In this document: piece by piece, positions 10,460 through 23,690 of the stretch
How the letters are laid out: every line of letters begins with the position of its first letter
How positions within the stretch are numbered: position 1 is the stretch's first letter
Position numbers and translations under genes: made by a program
Notes under the pieces: generated by a model
Seen by the model: only the letters and a program-made list of their open reading frames with translations
Told to the model about the DNA's origin: nothing
Database searches by the model: none
Assembly: GCF_037042905.1 (NCBI RefSeq)
Contig: NC_087249.1
Location: forward strand, 8,992,001-9,056,000
Direction of reading: 5' to 3'
From: Lytechinus pictus
Taxonomy: Eukaryota
Length of the DNA: 64,000 nucleotides

Positions 10460-13199
10460 ATATTGCAAACTTTATAATGTAAAGTGTATTTCAAAAACAT
10501 TTATATGAAAAGTAGGTCACAGTTCTGAAAAAAAACGGACTGAAATGAATTGTTATGGAGAAGTTTCCGTTGATCAATAATCATTGAAATACAGATATTG
10601 GAACACAGATATGTTTAGTTTTAAGAGATTATTAAGTCGTCAGAAAAACTGTTTAAATTTGTCTAGACAGGACTTCCTCCTTTCTTCTTGTGGAAATCTC
10701 TTTCTATTATTAGATCACAGTTTATCACACATCAATTAGCATGGTTAGTATTTTAAGATCTCCGGTACATGGCTTCATGGGGAAGCTTTTTTGATCATCG
10801 GACCTCCAGGCCTTCCGAGTGCTCATTCATTGATGCTTGCATGCCTCTCCGAATCAAGTTGAATCTGGAACAAGCTGTAGATTCCTCTACTGTCATGAAT
10901 ATTTGATCTAAAATTGTGCATTTTTCAAAACTAACACAGAAGATGGTCTCTTTTTCAATCTTTGATGTATTTGTCGCCTTCTTCTGTTTCATTTGATTTC
11001 CGTTTCCACATTTCCCCCCTCCTTTTGATGCCCCCTCTCCCTTTTTTAATTTCATCTTTTTTATCATTCCCATTGAGGTGCAAGACTCTCTTTAAGGTCA
11101 CTATTTAATAATGAGATTTCATTTCTCGAATTGGAAACAAATTGTTATTCTGTTTAAATATTAAGTAGATAAAAAAATTAATATAATAAAACAATGGTGA
11201 GTATTGAATTTTTAGTTGTAAATTGCCAGTTTGCATTTTTAGATATTGATTGTGTATCATATTGCCAATTTTAAGAGTAAGGATCAAGAGATGCTGCAAA
11301 ATGCCTGCCTTGAAGATACCTTTACAGGTTATTTTTTTCCTTCTGTCTCCTGTATCTTTTACACTCATTTCATATCAGGTGTAGAAGATGTACCATACAT
11401 TTAAAAAAAATCGGATTCTTCTCTTAAAACGTGCAGTTTTCTTCTATTTATTATTTTATTCCTTTTTTTTCACTCTCCGTCCTTTCTTTCATTCTGCATC
11501 CATTTCTTTCCCCCACTCATCTTCTTCCTCCTCATCAGCTTAGAGCCAGAAGGCCGCTAGCTCTGTCATATTAAGTTCCAACTGTATAGTGTCCTTCTTC
11601 TACCAACCTTCGTCCATCCTGTTTCCAATAATCAGCCCTGTAACCAAACACTGCCACTCCCCGGCTCCGTTTCATCAAAAACTCATAAAAGCTAGAAAAA
11701 ACAATGTAAGTAAGTAACCCTATCACTTGTCAGACGCTCTCCAGCTTGTACTTGAGCGAGACAATCTCCTTAACGGTATTGCCTAAAAACAAAAGCTCTA
11801 CGCGAGCTCAGATTGCAAGTAATTATGTCAGGGCCCGGCCGAGTAGGAGTGTAGCGTGCAGGCTGTTTATTAATCAAAGGCCGATACTGAGCTCAGTCGA
11901 GCCATAGATGTATGGGGAACGTTAGATTATGACGAGGAGCGAAATGACGGCTCATTTGTAACCATTTAGGAATCTAAGAAAAAAAATATTTGATGAATGA
12001 ATTGAGGAAAGATTATTTCTGAGCTTCAGTATAATTTTTAAATGTTAAAAAAACTAATGAATTATTTTTTATTTAAACATGTTGATCATGATTTTACATG
12101 TAGGTAATCAACTAATTGACCTAAGGCTTTATGTTCTTCAAGGTTGCATTGTAGGTTCATTTTTACTCAAGATTCAGAGAAGTTTTTCAAAGACATCAAT
12201 GTAATCAAAATTATTATATTCAAGCAAGGTGTGTTGATCATGAAAGTGAAAATTCTTTGAAAATGCAAACCATTCTTGCTGAAAAAGATGCATTCTGTAT
12301 GTTGTTGTGCTTCTACAGACTGAACATCTCTTGCAAGCATGAGATCTCAATCAGGAATTTATGATGACACACATATAGTGGCCAATGTCTGGTTAAGATA
12401 TGCCTTACAGGCATTCAAAATTCTTAAAATGAGGGAGAGTATTAAGGCATTGATTAAAAAAATAGCTTTTATTCTCTCCTACAAGTACCTTGTTAAGTGC
12501 TGGTCCTTTTGTGAATCCTCTTTGTGGTTTTAACTATAAGAATCATTTAAATGCGCATTAATTAGAGGGACCCGGTAATGAGGATAAATGTTTGTCTTTG
12601 TCTTGTCATGTATTGGCTTTAATTTTCTGACATGATTATTGTACATCAGTGCTGCCCTCCTCCTTCAGTACATCAACCTAATATGAGAGTCCTTGTCTGT
12701 TCAATTAATTATGTCCATGAAGATTAATTACCCTGCGCAATCTCAAATGAAACACATGTACTTGTCTATAGATTGTGTATGGGGACGCAAGCACAGAAAT
12801 GTTAACTTTCTCTCCATGTATTTTGTAAAACGAGTACAGTACACCAAGCATCTGTACTTTTCCTTTATGTAATGTTTAATTTGTAGTCCCATATGTAGGA
12901 ATATTTTATGTCTTTGTTTACCTTTGTCATAATTTTTTTTGTACATTATGAATCACAGGGTTTGGGTCAAGGCATGTTCATTGAATATATAAATATTTAA
13001 AAAGATAAAATAAAAGAAATATGTTCAATACTGTATGCAAACAGAGAATCAGGGCTTATGTACATGTACATGTATAGTGTGTATGTATAGGCCTACATAT
13101 ATCTGTGAAGACGAAGAGCATTGATATCAAACATTCTATCAATCATCTATCGTGTCTATTTAACATCAGAATATGAAATCAGTGAGAGGAGAAGAGAAC

Positions 13200-13368
13200 C
13201 GTACATGTATGCTTTTGATTGCCTTTTTGAAAAAAAATCATTTTTGGCATATTTCGAACATTTTGTGGTAAAGAGTTCCAGATATCTGGACCGCTTTATA
13301 TGCCTGATTGATTTATGAGCTAATGCGGTGGTAAGAGGATTGTCTAAGTGTATGTGGGAGACCTTCGT
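13200..13368 (-). mobile_element. 3' fragment of a CR1-group LINE
   Basis: Minus-strand translation with frameshifts reads HIHLDNPLTTALAHKSIRH/GPDIWNSLPQNVRNMPKMIFF/KKAIKAY, an RT ORF2 C-terminal WNSLP motif. Confidence 0.7.
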
Positions 13369-13790
13369 TAATTACTTTCTGGAAGTGCTGTTATACAGTG
13401 CAATTAACCTTTTCTTAGCATCAGCTTTTCAAGGCACATGTACTGTTTCCTGGTCATGACAGATAGAAATTGTTGATGTGCAAGTCATCCTGAATGAGAA
13501 ACAGGAAAGAAATTGACAATCTGATCCCAAGTTTGGTATTTAAAGATTGATTTATTATTCCCTTGGAATTACATCTGAGCCCCGTCTTACAACGAGTCGC
13601 GATTGATCCGATCAATCACAACTATGGACGGCCAGCAACGTCAACATCTATTATGCATGTTTGTTCAAAATATTTTATGACTATATTGCATCTACTTCAT
13701 AGTTTTAGTGTGCTTTTGTATGATATTGGGAGAGTGGGGGGAGGGTAACCTTTTGTTAATTCAATGAATCCAAATGTTTTTAAAGCTTAA

Positions 13791-13841
13791 GCCCCTGTTC
13801 CACTATCGCGATCTGAAACATCGGCATAGTGGAACAGGGGT
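13791..13841. mobile_element. 51-bp hairpin micro-MITE
   Basis: Perfect 15-bp inverted repeat CCCCTGTTCCACTAT / ATAGTGGAACAGGGG, flanked by TAA (TTAA) on both sides. Confidence 0.65.
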
Positions 13842-16144
13842 TAAAGGAAAGTAGTTGTAGCACACAATAATTTCATGAGTCTATAAAATAAATTAATTTT
13901 CACCATATCATGGCACATAGATCTAAATCTGGTCTAATTACATTATCATCTAACCCTGTAAAACCATTTTGAGCTTCAACAACACAGATAGGCACATGTG
14001 GGACAGTGTATTATTATTGCTTGGAAAAAGACCCTACATCTTGCTGAAATGCCATGCTTGTTTTGTCAATTTTCTCGGCAATTGCACATTTTGTACCAAA
14101 ACCATTTGGCACACATTTCATATTCAGTTTATAAATACTTTGGATTCTGTTCTCATTTTCAGATAGCAATCACAACAGGAGTTTTGTCCAGATTAGAGTG
14201 GGTCTACCGGCCTAGTTTATGGTTAAATTAGTTTTAGAGGGTTGAAATTTCAACAGACCTCTAAATGGCGGGTCGGCCCACCACAGATCTTTCATGAAGG
14301 CATGCTTTTTCCCCTACATGTATAAGCCCCACCCCCAGGGGGAAAGTGAAAGGGAGAGGAAATAATTTAGGTAACAAATTGGTGCTGATTTCTGAGGTGT
14401 GGAGCATTTCCTGTCAATGCTGTTGACCTGATAAGGTCACAGCTCTTCTATTGTCTACCAAGAGATTGTAAACAACTGGGTGCCTAGTCTAGGACTTCAG
14501 ACCTGACTGAAACAAGGCGAGTGTTTGCTGATATGGGTGTAGAACACCTGTAGACAACACCCTAGTCTGCTGTGCAAACCCTTCACTTGAGTTACGGGTC
14601 TGAATATGCACCCTATAATGCCTTGTGTACTGAAGGCCCTCGCACAATTTTGGTATACGTGCTAGTCTTTGCGTGGAGACCCACTTGTTGATCAACGTTT
14701 CAATCAGGGTCTGTACCTGCAGGCTAACAACTCCTTCTCTCAATTTGAATGTGAACATAGACCTTAATTACACTTTTTAATAATGGAATTCATTGGGCCT
14801 GGGAAGAAAACCCAGACAATACCTTTACCCATTTCAAATGGAGCTGCTACATTATAAACAATAACTTTGCTTAGTCTGCTCTTCAGACTCCCTGTTTTAC
14901 AGACCAAGGTTGTGCCTGAATGCCGTTCGTTGATCCCCTCCCCACTACCAACTATAAAGCACATCCACTTGTTGAATAGAGAGAAAAGGGGACCTGTAAC
15001 TATTGAAATATAAGGAAATTAGCTGGTATTAATAAAAATCACACTTTATTTATATCTTTGGTACTTTATAAAGAAAATGTGTTGTCGGCACTTTCACATC
15101 TTTTCAGGGAAAATGGTGAAAAATGATAATTCGTGCTACGTTCTTGGACATTCTAGGGGCATTCTAAATATCCTGACTGCATTTCTTTTGGCCGTCCTGA
15201 AGGTTTTGGTCATGTTCAAAACATTTGAGGGATATTTTCGAACGGTGTTCAAACTAGATTTAAATGACCAACTGGTGGTCAAACAATAGTCCTTTCATTC
15301 AGGCCAATTCTGCTTGATTCGGAATAAGTGTGATGGGGGCTTTAAATGGGAAAAAATGACAAGATCAAAAGACCATACAAGCCATACTGTACTTTGGTAA
15401 AGATTGAAACACCTGTATAAAAATAAATATACAGTCCACACACTGATGCCTAGTTTTGGTCATCAGTGTCTTTTCAATCATTTTTCTTCTGTTTGTAGTA
15501 ATGTTTTAGCAGCCCCAGGACTTCAACTTCTTTATGCAACCCCCCCCCCCCTTCCATTAAATTCAAGTACCTGATCATAACACAATGGTTTAAATTGCAT
15601 TTGGGGGCAATATCCTGAATAAGTCAATGCATTATGTATTCATTTTGTCAACAATGACGCACAACGTATTTTGTAAAGTCTTGCCCGGGAGCACTTTCAA
15701 TTATCATGTATTCCTAACAAATCTTAACGCTTCCACCCCCACCACCACCACCACCACCACATCAATGGTAATCCTTAAATCACTCGGTATTATACTAGTA
15801 ATGGGCAAATATTGATACTCCTCATTTGCATTCCTCTACTGTATAATAGGAGGTCAATGCAATTCTTGGTTATAATTGGGCAGACAGTTGGTGTTGTTTG
15901 TGAATTGTTTACCAATTCCTGACCTCCTCTATTCTTGTCATGTTACCCTAATAAAAAAAAAGTGAATGCTTTTACACTCGTTCGATCAAAAAAATACTTC
16001 TGTCATGAGAACTTGTTCAGACCTGAAAGTTTTTCGCATGAATTATCTGCAGTGAATCATATTCGTATTGCAATTAATGAGCATTTTACTCAGTCAATTA
16101 CTAAAATACAAAGTAAAATGCTTAATCAATACTTGGATACCCAG

Positions 16145-16345
16145 GGGCTTGTTTCATAAAGCTGTTTGCAAGTTAAGAGTGACGAACAGCTGGTGATCCT
16201 TTCTTTTGGTACATGTAAATGATATTCACCATTAAATGTTCATTGGTGATTATTTAGCGAGCTTGTGTAAGAAAGGTTAACCAGTCATTCTTAAAGACGC
16301 TCTTAGCCACTTCTTAACGTACAAACAGCTTTTATGAAACACCCA
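16145..16345 (+). mobile_element. MITE, TGTTTCATAAAGCTGTT family (copy 1)
   Basis: TIR GGG..TGTTTCATAAAGCTGTT / AACAGCTTTTATGAAACACCC; sister copies at 26660 and 39659. Confidence 0.85.
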
Positions 16346-17626
16346 ATAGGTATTTATAATGATCATGGGTGTGTGCAAACTCCACCAGGTCCTCCAACCC
16401 TGTGCTAGGTCACTGGAGGCCATGAGATCATTGTGAATTATACCTTTCATAGAACGATAAAACATGGAATACAATCCCAATGATTATTATATTGTAAATT
16501 ATTCTTTATAAACTCTGTTAATAAGGCATGATATCATTGATGGGTGTTGTATTGGTCTCGGATAGTCAACCGCTTTGTGGGATGGGAAGAGCAGACGTGA
16601 TGTCGTTTTGTGATAACGTTTTTTTTTTGTGTGTGTGGGATAAAAATGAGAGAAATAGATCAGTATGGGGGGGGGGGGGGAAATTCCATGCGTTGATGCT
16701 TTGCTTGGCGGGGATTGTTTGTTAATAAGGTCATGTTCTGGGTGCCACGTTTATTTATCCATTCACTGGAGATATGTTTGCAGTGATCGAACGATTATCA
16801 TTGATATCATTTGATTGTATTGGTCTATTTACAGATTTTCCATTTGTGTTAGCGTAGACCTAGGATTGTGTACTACCAACACGTGGCCTACAGATTTTAA
16901 GTTGGGACTGAGCCGAAGCTTTAAAATTTCAAATGTGTCTTCGAAGCTGTCAGATTTTTGCTGTCTACCAAAACATCAAAAGCTCAGGGAAAAACAACAG
17001 GCTATTCTGCTGGTATCTGTATATCTATTCAGGATCATGATTTGATGTACCTCGGTATTTCCAATTAAAAAGGAAAAAAAATTGTGTATATATATGCAAA
17101 TTGAAGTGCCAGGAACTTCGAAATAAAAAAGAAATACTTGTAGGTCTACTGCGACAGACTAATCATTTTGATTTATTATGTTGCAATATTCTGATCTTAG
17201 ATCAGACAAATGTGATGTGTTTTAGCGGACATGCTTGTGCAGATGATAACACTGATTTTATTTTGTGAAATTCCTTCTGATCATTGAATGTTATCATTTG
17301 ACCAGATATCTTGGACATTGCTTGTACATGTATGTGAGGTGCCCCATCACGGGGAATCCTGTTTGAGCGAAGCTCTGTGCAATTTGTTTCATTAGAGACA
17401 CCATCATGAAGCACATTGTTCAAGCTCAATCTCTTCAGGTGAGTTCAGTTCAATTCCAGGCACTTTTTTTCTGAAAAAAAGTGCATTAATTATTAAGTCT
17501 TGTATCACTTTAGAAGAAGATTTAGAATCTTTCAGGTATTTGTATCTTTTTTAGTTAGAATTATGATTATTCAACTCTGAGAGAATTGGTATACCTGTAA
17601 TTTGTCTCAATGCTGATACTTATGGA

Positions 17627-17775
17627 CAGGGGCGGATCCAGGATTTTCAAAAGGGGTAGGGGCACACTTCTGTTTTTAATGGCATTTTTACATTACAAAT
17701 TTTAATTGTGCCTCTCAGAAAGGGGGGCACAGGCCGGCTTTGCCCCCCCCCCCCCCCCCCGGATCCGCCAGAGTG
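17627..17775. mobile_element. hAT-type MITE with 8-bp TSD
   Basis: CTTATGGA|CAGGGGCGGATCC ... GGATCCGCCAGAGTG|CTTATGGA. An 8-bp duplication with CA..TG termini is characteristic of hAT elements. Confidence 0.85.
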
Positions 17776-18438
17776 CTTATGGATGCTTCTGAATATAGGC
17801 TGATCAGACCCAAGTTCTGTCTTCTCTTTAGGTTGGCTGGATCATGTCCTGGTGGTGGGTACTTAGGTGTCAAATTTGTACTTCAACTTGACTGGTTCAC
17901 ATTCCCAATACCCGTACAGTCTGCTCTCAAAGCTGCCTTTTATTGCAAAAAAATTGTCTTTTTTTCATTCGCGAATTTTTTCCTGTTAAGATCGATACAC
18001 CAAAATATTTCTTAAATTGTGGTTGTATACCTGAAGACATATTTCCAATTCCTGTTTTGATTTATACTATTCAAGGCAAATTATCTGACAATATCTGATG
18101 CTTTATATATTGCCCTCTAGAGACAATGACCTGCCAGGTTTCCAGACCAGCTAGTGTTGGGTCATATTCCTTGTACACACAGCTGTGTGAGTTAAATTGA
18201 AGCAGTTAAAAGCAGATTCCATAAATTCTCTACGATTTCAGATGTAATTTGGATTTTGCATAGACTATGAAACAAATTTGTGAGTTTTGAATGAGAAGTG
18301 CTAAAAATAACGTTGCTAAGATCTTGGATCATTGAATTAAATGGACATACATGTATGTGGATAACATACTATTTGAAATTGATTTGAATTTGTGCTGATT
18401 TTATAGGTAAAACATGTAATTATTCACATTTAAACCTC

Positions 18439-18643
18439 ATAGTTTGTTGGCACAGACCCTTGGTTTTCGCAATTCGCATAGTGCATAATGCATAGTCTGA
18501 AGTAGTGAGACTACATATGTAGATTCACTACATGTACATGTATGTACTGCGGCTGGCTCACAGACAGAGCCCTTGGCATCTAGTCTTCACTCTAGACCTG
18601 CTATTGGTTAAAGGGTCAAATATGAGTCTGTGTTGCAGACTAG
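18439..18643 (+). repeat. Dispersed repeat ending in (G/C)AGACTA; second copy at ~31693-31867
   Basis: Shared TGGTTTTC.CAAT...AGTCTGAAGTA.TGAGACTA...TACTGCGGCTGGCTC...ATTGGTTAAAG.GTCAAATATG.GTCTGTG...AGACTAG. Confidence 0.75.
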
Positions 18644-21600
18644 TTTGTTGGGGGATGGGGTGGGCAGTGGGCACAGTGCATTTGGGCGTTAAGATATTTT
18701 CTTTTTGTTACATTTTAAAGAAACTTGTGCATTTGAATTACAACTTGGTGATTAGAAAAGTAAACAATACCAATCGGTGTGAGGTGATCCCTTTTAGGTT
18801 GTTTTTGACCATGTGGTTGGGATCCAATCACATCAGAATTATATTTAAAGAAAGACTATGACATTGATCTTTGCTCTGTCATGAATAAGTTCTCAGAAAT
18901 TACCATCAAATCAATATCGTGAAAATATACATATGGAAAGATTGTGTTTTTTTTAATTATTTTTTTGGGGGGGGATTTGAAGTGAAATTTTGATGAATCC
19001 ATTAATAAAAATATGTCTTTTATAGTAGGGGCCTCCACACCACAGAGTATTTTCTAAATTTCATTATTTCTGTTAGGGGTCTAATTGGGAGATGTCTGTT
19101 TGTCTGCACCATGCAACAGGGTTATTATTTTTCTCAAATAGTGAAATGTTCTGCGTGAAACTCCCATAATAATTCAAATAATTAAATCTAAGTTGAGATA
19201 ATTTTTCAAACACAATATCATGCAAAATATGTGTTCGTAACATCTTTCAAGTAAAAATGTGTCTCATTATAAGTCAAACAGATTTCTAATGTCAAAAGAG
19301 AGTCACCTTAGACACGGTTACTCCAAAAATGAATAAATTTATCAAGCATGAGGTTGACATTTTGAAATTTTTTAGGTCTCTATCAAGATATGGATGAGTG
19401 GGGTGTCTGATATTGAGATTGAGAAAGAGTGTAGACCAGGGCCCCCCCCCCCCCCCCCCCCCGTGTGATACGAGGATAATTGATCAAATGCAAATTTTTC
19501 GTAATAAGTAATTTTTGTTTGTTTATTGCAGACTGGTAAATCTTTGAGATGTGCTTCAAACCTAATCTGTAATATGGCCATTGCCATTTTTTTATTGATC
19601 GCAATCTGTGTGTGTGTTTTTTTTTTTTTTGGGGGGGGGTGGGATGCTGGGAATATGATTCCAGAATATTTTCAAAAGTCAAACAGTCTGAATGGGGTCT
19701 CCTCGAAGATGAATCATCCAGCCAATAGGAGTTTCGATTCTGATTCCGAGGAGGGGTCAAATGTCAAATGCTTGACACTGATTGGGCGACATTCCCATGA
19801 TAACTCTTGTGAAGTGAAGGACATTGAAACCTCTTCCGTGAAGCGGCTGGCCGACAAGTATCTTTCCTTCTTGCTTTGAAGGAGTAGTTGTTGAACGGCA
19901 GTTGTCATGTTCCTTGGAAAGACCAATAAAAACTTCCATAAATAGCGTCAGAGGTGAAGCCATACACACATTCCAAATTGATTTTGCTACTATAAAAGGA
20001 AGAAAAAAACAAGATAAACAAGATGTTTATAATGCATTTGAAGAGCTCATAATAACCTTTGAATCTTCTTGAAATAACACTACAGTGATTATAAAAATAT
20101 AATAAAATGCCAAGCCATACATTCAGCTTAATGATAAAAATATGAAGCCGTATGATCTTCATTTTGTTTTAAATATATGAAAAATAAAAATGGAATTGCA
20201 GAGAAGATAAATATGACATCAGTAATTAAAAAAAAATAAATATATTCATTTATATTTCAATCCATATTCTTTTCTGTAATTTAAACAATCTAGGGGGATA
20301 CAATGTTTTTTTTTTTTTTTTTTACAGAAAGGGGAATGTTTGCATCAATTTGCAAAGAACATGCAACATAGCATTGAATACTTATCCTCCAGCATTGGAA
20401 TAGCTATACAACACATGCAAGGATTCTGGGGAATGGAAAAAAAAATTACATATCAATTTATTTTGATTGATTTCTCTTTCAACTTATGCCAGATGTATCC
20501 TTATTATTATCTACAGTACCCCAGGGCCCTTTCAAACTTATCTTTGGCTTTTTGTTTTCCTTGTAGACAAAGACAGAAATAGATATATTGGGAGAAGGAA
20601 AAAAAAACAGATGAGAAATAAAGAGAGAGGGAGAGAGAAAGAAAGACAGTTGCGGGTGTAATAAATTAGGTGCATTAAGCCCTGGTTGACTATTTGATGT
20701 TACATTGATGTTACACAGTCATTGTCAATAACATAACATTGCTTGGATAGTTGGGATGTCTTTCCCGCCCCCAGATGCGATGTTCCTCCATCCTCGAGCC
20801 TGCATGTTGTGAGCTTCCTTACCGAGACCGGTCCCTTACGTCAGCGGGAGAACTCGAACCAAATCCACAGATCTATTTTCATCTCTGGCTGAGGGTATTG
20901 AACTTGGTTTTGTTTGTTTCATGAGGTTTAAGAGGCATTATGTTATTCCAAGAAATCAAGATGGAGGTTTTTATCGTTGCAATCAGAAGGGGGTTTCCAA
21001 GATAGGAATATTTAAATGTCTTCCTCAAATTAAGTCCAGTTGTCAAAAAGTGTTTTGGAAGTGAAAATTGAAAACAGCGACATAATACCTGAATCATTTT
21101 TTTTTCTCTCTCTATAGTCGTTTATTGTCTCCCATCTCTTTAAACTTGCCCTATTTTTTTAAATAGTTATATCACTTCAATTTATGATATAAAATATATA
21201 TTTAGTTTGATGTGCAGTTCTATGTTGTCTGCCAAATAAGATGGGTGATGGAGTATTCCAGTTTACGTTTTTTTAACAATACAAAAAAAAATGTATAAAA
21301 ATGGAGTATAATAACCATACTTTGCAATTAAATCAAGCCATGAATATTTCAAAATGTCATATCCCCATTCAGAGACAGTCCAATTAGTGAGTCATGAGAG
21401 TGGATATTAATAAAGCTACCCAATGTAAAGATAAAAATAGAAAGAAAAAGGTGTTTTAAATTCCTTCTTCTTTGGGTAAAAAAAATGTCTAAAAATATCT
21501 AATAAGATACAGAAAACTCCATGGGTCTGTAATCTCTGAAAAAGTTTAAGTTTATTGTTTCAAAAAATGTACTAGATGCTTTGTTTGATGTAAAGATTGT

Positions 21601-23484
21601 TTTGAACGAAAATATCCTGATAGGTCATGAAATAGAAAAAAACACCCAGAAATGAATGTTGTTAATCTTATTTTGATTTTTTTTAACAATTTGTAATAGA
21701 GAGAATATCAGAAAACGTTTTGGACACAACCCCCCCCCACCCCATCAGACTCAGGTTCGTTATTTTATGAAAGACCTAAAGGTAGAAATTCAAAGTTATT
21801 TAAAAAGAAAATGTATCCAGAACAGAAGAGACTTGATTTAAAACAGGTGTCAAAGGTTCTTTTAGTCCTTTAGTTCCTGTTTCATGTCTTGTTATTTTAT
21901 TCATGTACAATTTTGTATGTGAATTTTGTATATAATGATTGTAACTATCATATGAACAAATAAGGTACATCTTAATGAGGATGAAAGAGAAAAAAATAAT
22001 TGTTTTAAAACACAATTTACTGAATAAGAGACATCGCACATCCAATCTCTGAAGAGCCTTTACTTGTGATCAATGTGATTTTTAAATTCTTTATTTCATG
22101 ACCTCTTTGATGTGATATTAAACCACAACATAATTCATTCCTTACTCCGTCATTCTTTTTGGTTTCTTCCTTTTTTGGAGAGGGGTTGGGCCTTTGGGGG
22201 TGGCTAATGGTTTTCCATCAAGTACAAATTTCCCTTAAATTGTGAATTGGGGGATTCACTAATTCTTATCTCTATTGTGGATGGTATGCTTGATTTAAAC
22301 TAATCTGATAAAGAGGGGAGTAAACTTTACCAAAATAGCTCATCTAATATGCATTATTTTTTTTGTATGTGTTCTCATTGCTGTACCTTTTCTTGGCATT
22401 TTCTTCAATATAGTGCATACTTGCAGTTATTTATTGCCACATCTTTTATAACTTTTCTTGTCTAAAAAAAACTGTATGTAGCTATATGTGTAGTGTCCTT
22501 GCCATCTCTGTTCTTTATATTGTCATCTATAAAGCTAATATGTTCCCATTGCTGTATATTTTCTTTACATTGTCTTCTAATGCCTGTTCCTGTACTGTAA
22601 GAACAGTATAAAAGTGTTCTCAGCGCCGTATCTTTTATTTGTTGTCTTCTCATACTGGCCTGTACATCACAAATTTTGGGAGTTTTCGTCAATTGACCCA
22701 AAATGACAAATTTCTTTTATATACATACGTGAAGTTGATGCTCATTCGCAACTAAAATTTTGTCTTGCTCAAAAATCGTGGGAACAGAAAAATTGTGGAC
22801 GAGTGAGGATGTTGGGCAGCTCAAACAAGCATGTTTGATGAATATTGCAGATATTTAATGAATATTAACTATTTTTGTGCACAATTCATTTGTTAGTCTT
22901 CTTAAATGCCAGTGGGACCGGGCCTTTTTCCTGGCCATGTCTTCTCTTAGCATTGTCTACTAGATACATGAATGGATACTTGCGTATCATAGCAAATTTT
23001 ATCATTTACAAAACATGAAGAAATGTAGGTGCTCGTAATGGGGATGCATTGTCCAACATTGACAGCCCTTTGCTTACATGCAATTCCTTGGCTATGGGAA
23101 CGTGATTTGTGGCTAAAAGCCTCAGAATGAAAAGGAGATGAAGAAATGAAAGTACGCTCGGTAAGCAACATCCACGGGAACCGCAAAGCAACTTTCGATT
23201 GATGTTTGTGAAATGTGGGATTATGCGGTGCTTAGGAAAATTGTGGTTTTTTTAAGGGATGAGAACATGTAGAAGCGATTCTTGGCATTTTTTTTTTGGC
23301 TACAGACCTGGGAAAACTAATTGTCGCTCTTGAAAAAACAGGAATACAAGGAAAATGTTACGCCTCAAATTAACCATTGTATCACTATCGCAGCGAAATT
23401 CTTTACTTTTGAGATGTACTTCTTACAAACAAATCCACACAACACAACGCCATGGTTAGGTTCACACTTGCTGATGTTTTTTGA

Positions 23485-23690
23485 GGTGACACAACATATT
23501 GCTCCTGCGACAATTGCTCTGGGTTTAAATTTGTCTAAGATGAAGAGTTAGGCTTAGGGTTGCATTAGGGTTTTTTAAATTTAGGTTTAGGGTTGGGAAT
23601 AGTGTTAAACCCAGGGTTGATGTTGTTCATTTGATTAGTGTGTGGAATTTAGAGCGGAGCAATTCTCACAGGAGCAAATGTCACGGAACC
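23485..23690 (+). mobile_element. MITE with a degenerate (TTAGGG)n-like core; inverted copy at 33812-34011
   Basis: Subterminal inverted repeat CAT.TTGCTCCTGCGACAATT / AATT.TC.CAGGAGCAAATG surrounds TTAGGG/TTAGGT-like hexamers. Confidence 0.8.

Noticed and set aside
1070..14231. Similar short ORF pairs at 1070/13969 and 9704/10093 suggesting gene duplicates
   Set aside because: The similarity comes from repeated non-coding elements (a MITE family and a tandem unit).
19526..19879. 117-aa ORF with a plausible-looking C-terminal half
   Set aside because: It starts in homopolymer runs and has no domain and weak splice signals. The CCAAT motifs suggest regulatory DNA, but this cannot be supported further.
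23530..23620. True telomere or chromosome fusion site
   Set aside because: Short, degenerate, and enclosed by inverted repeats of a dispersed element present twice.
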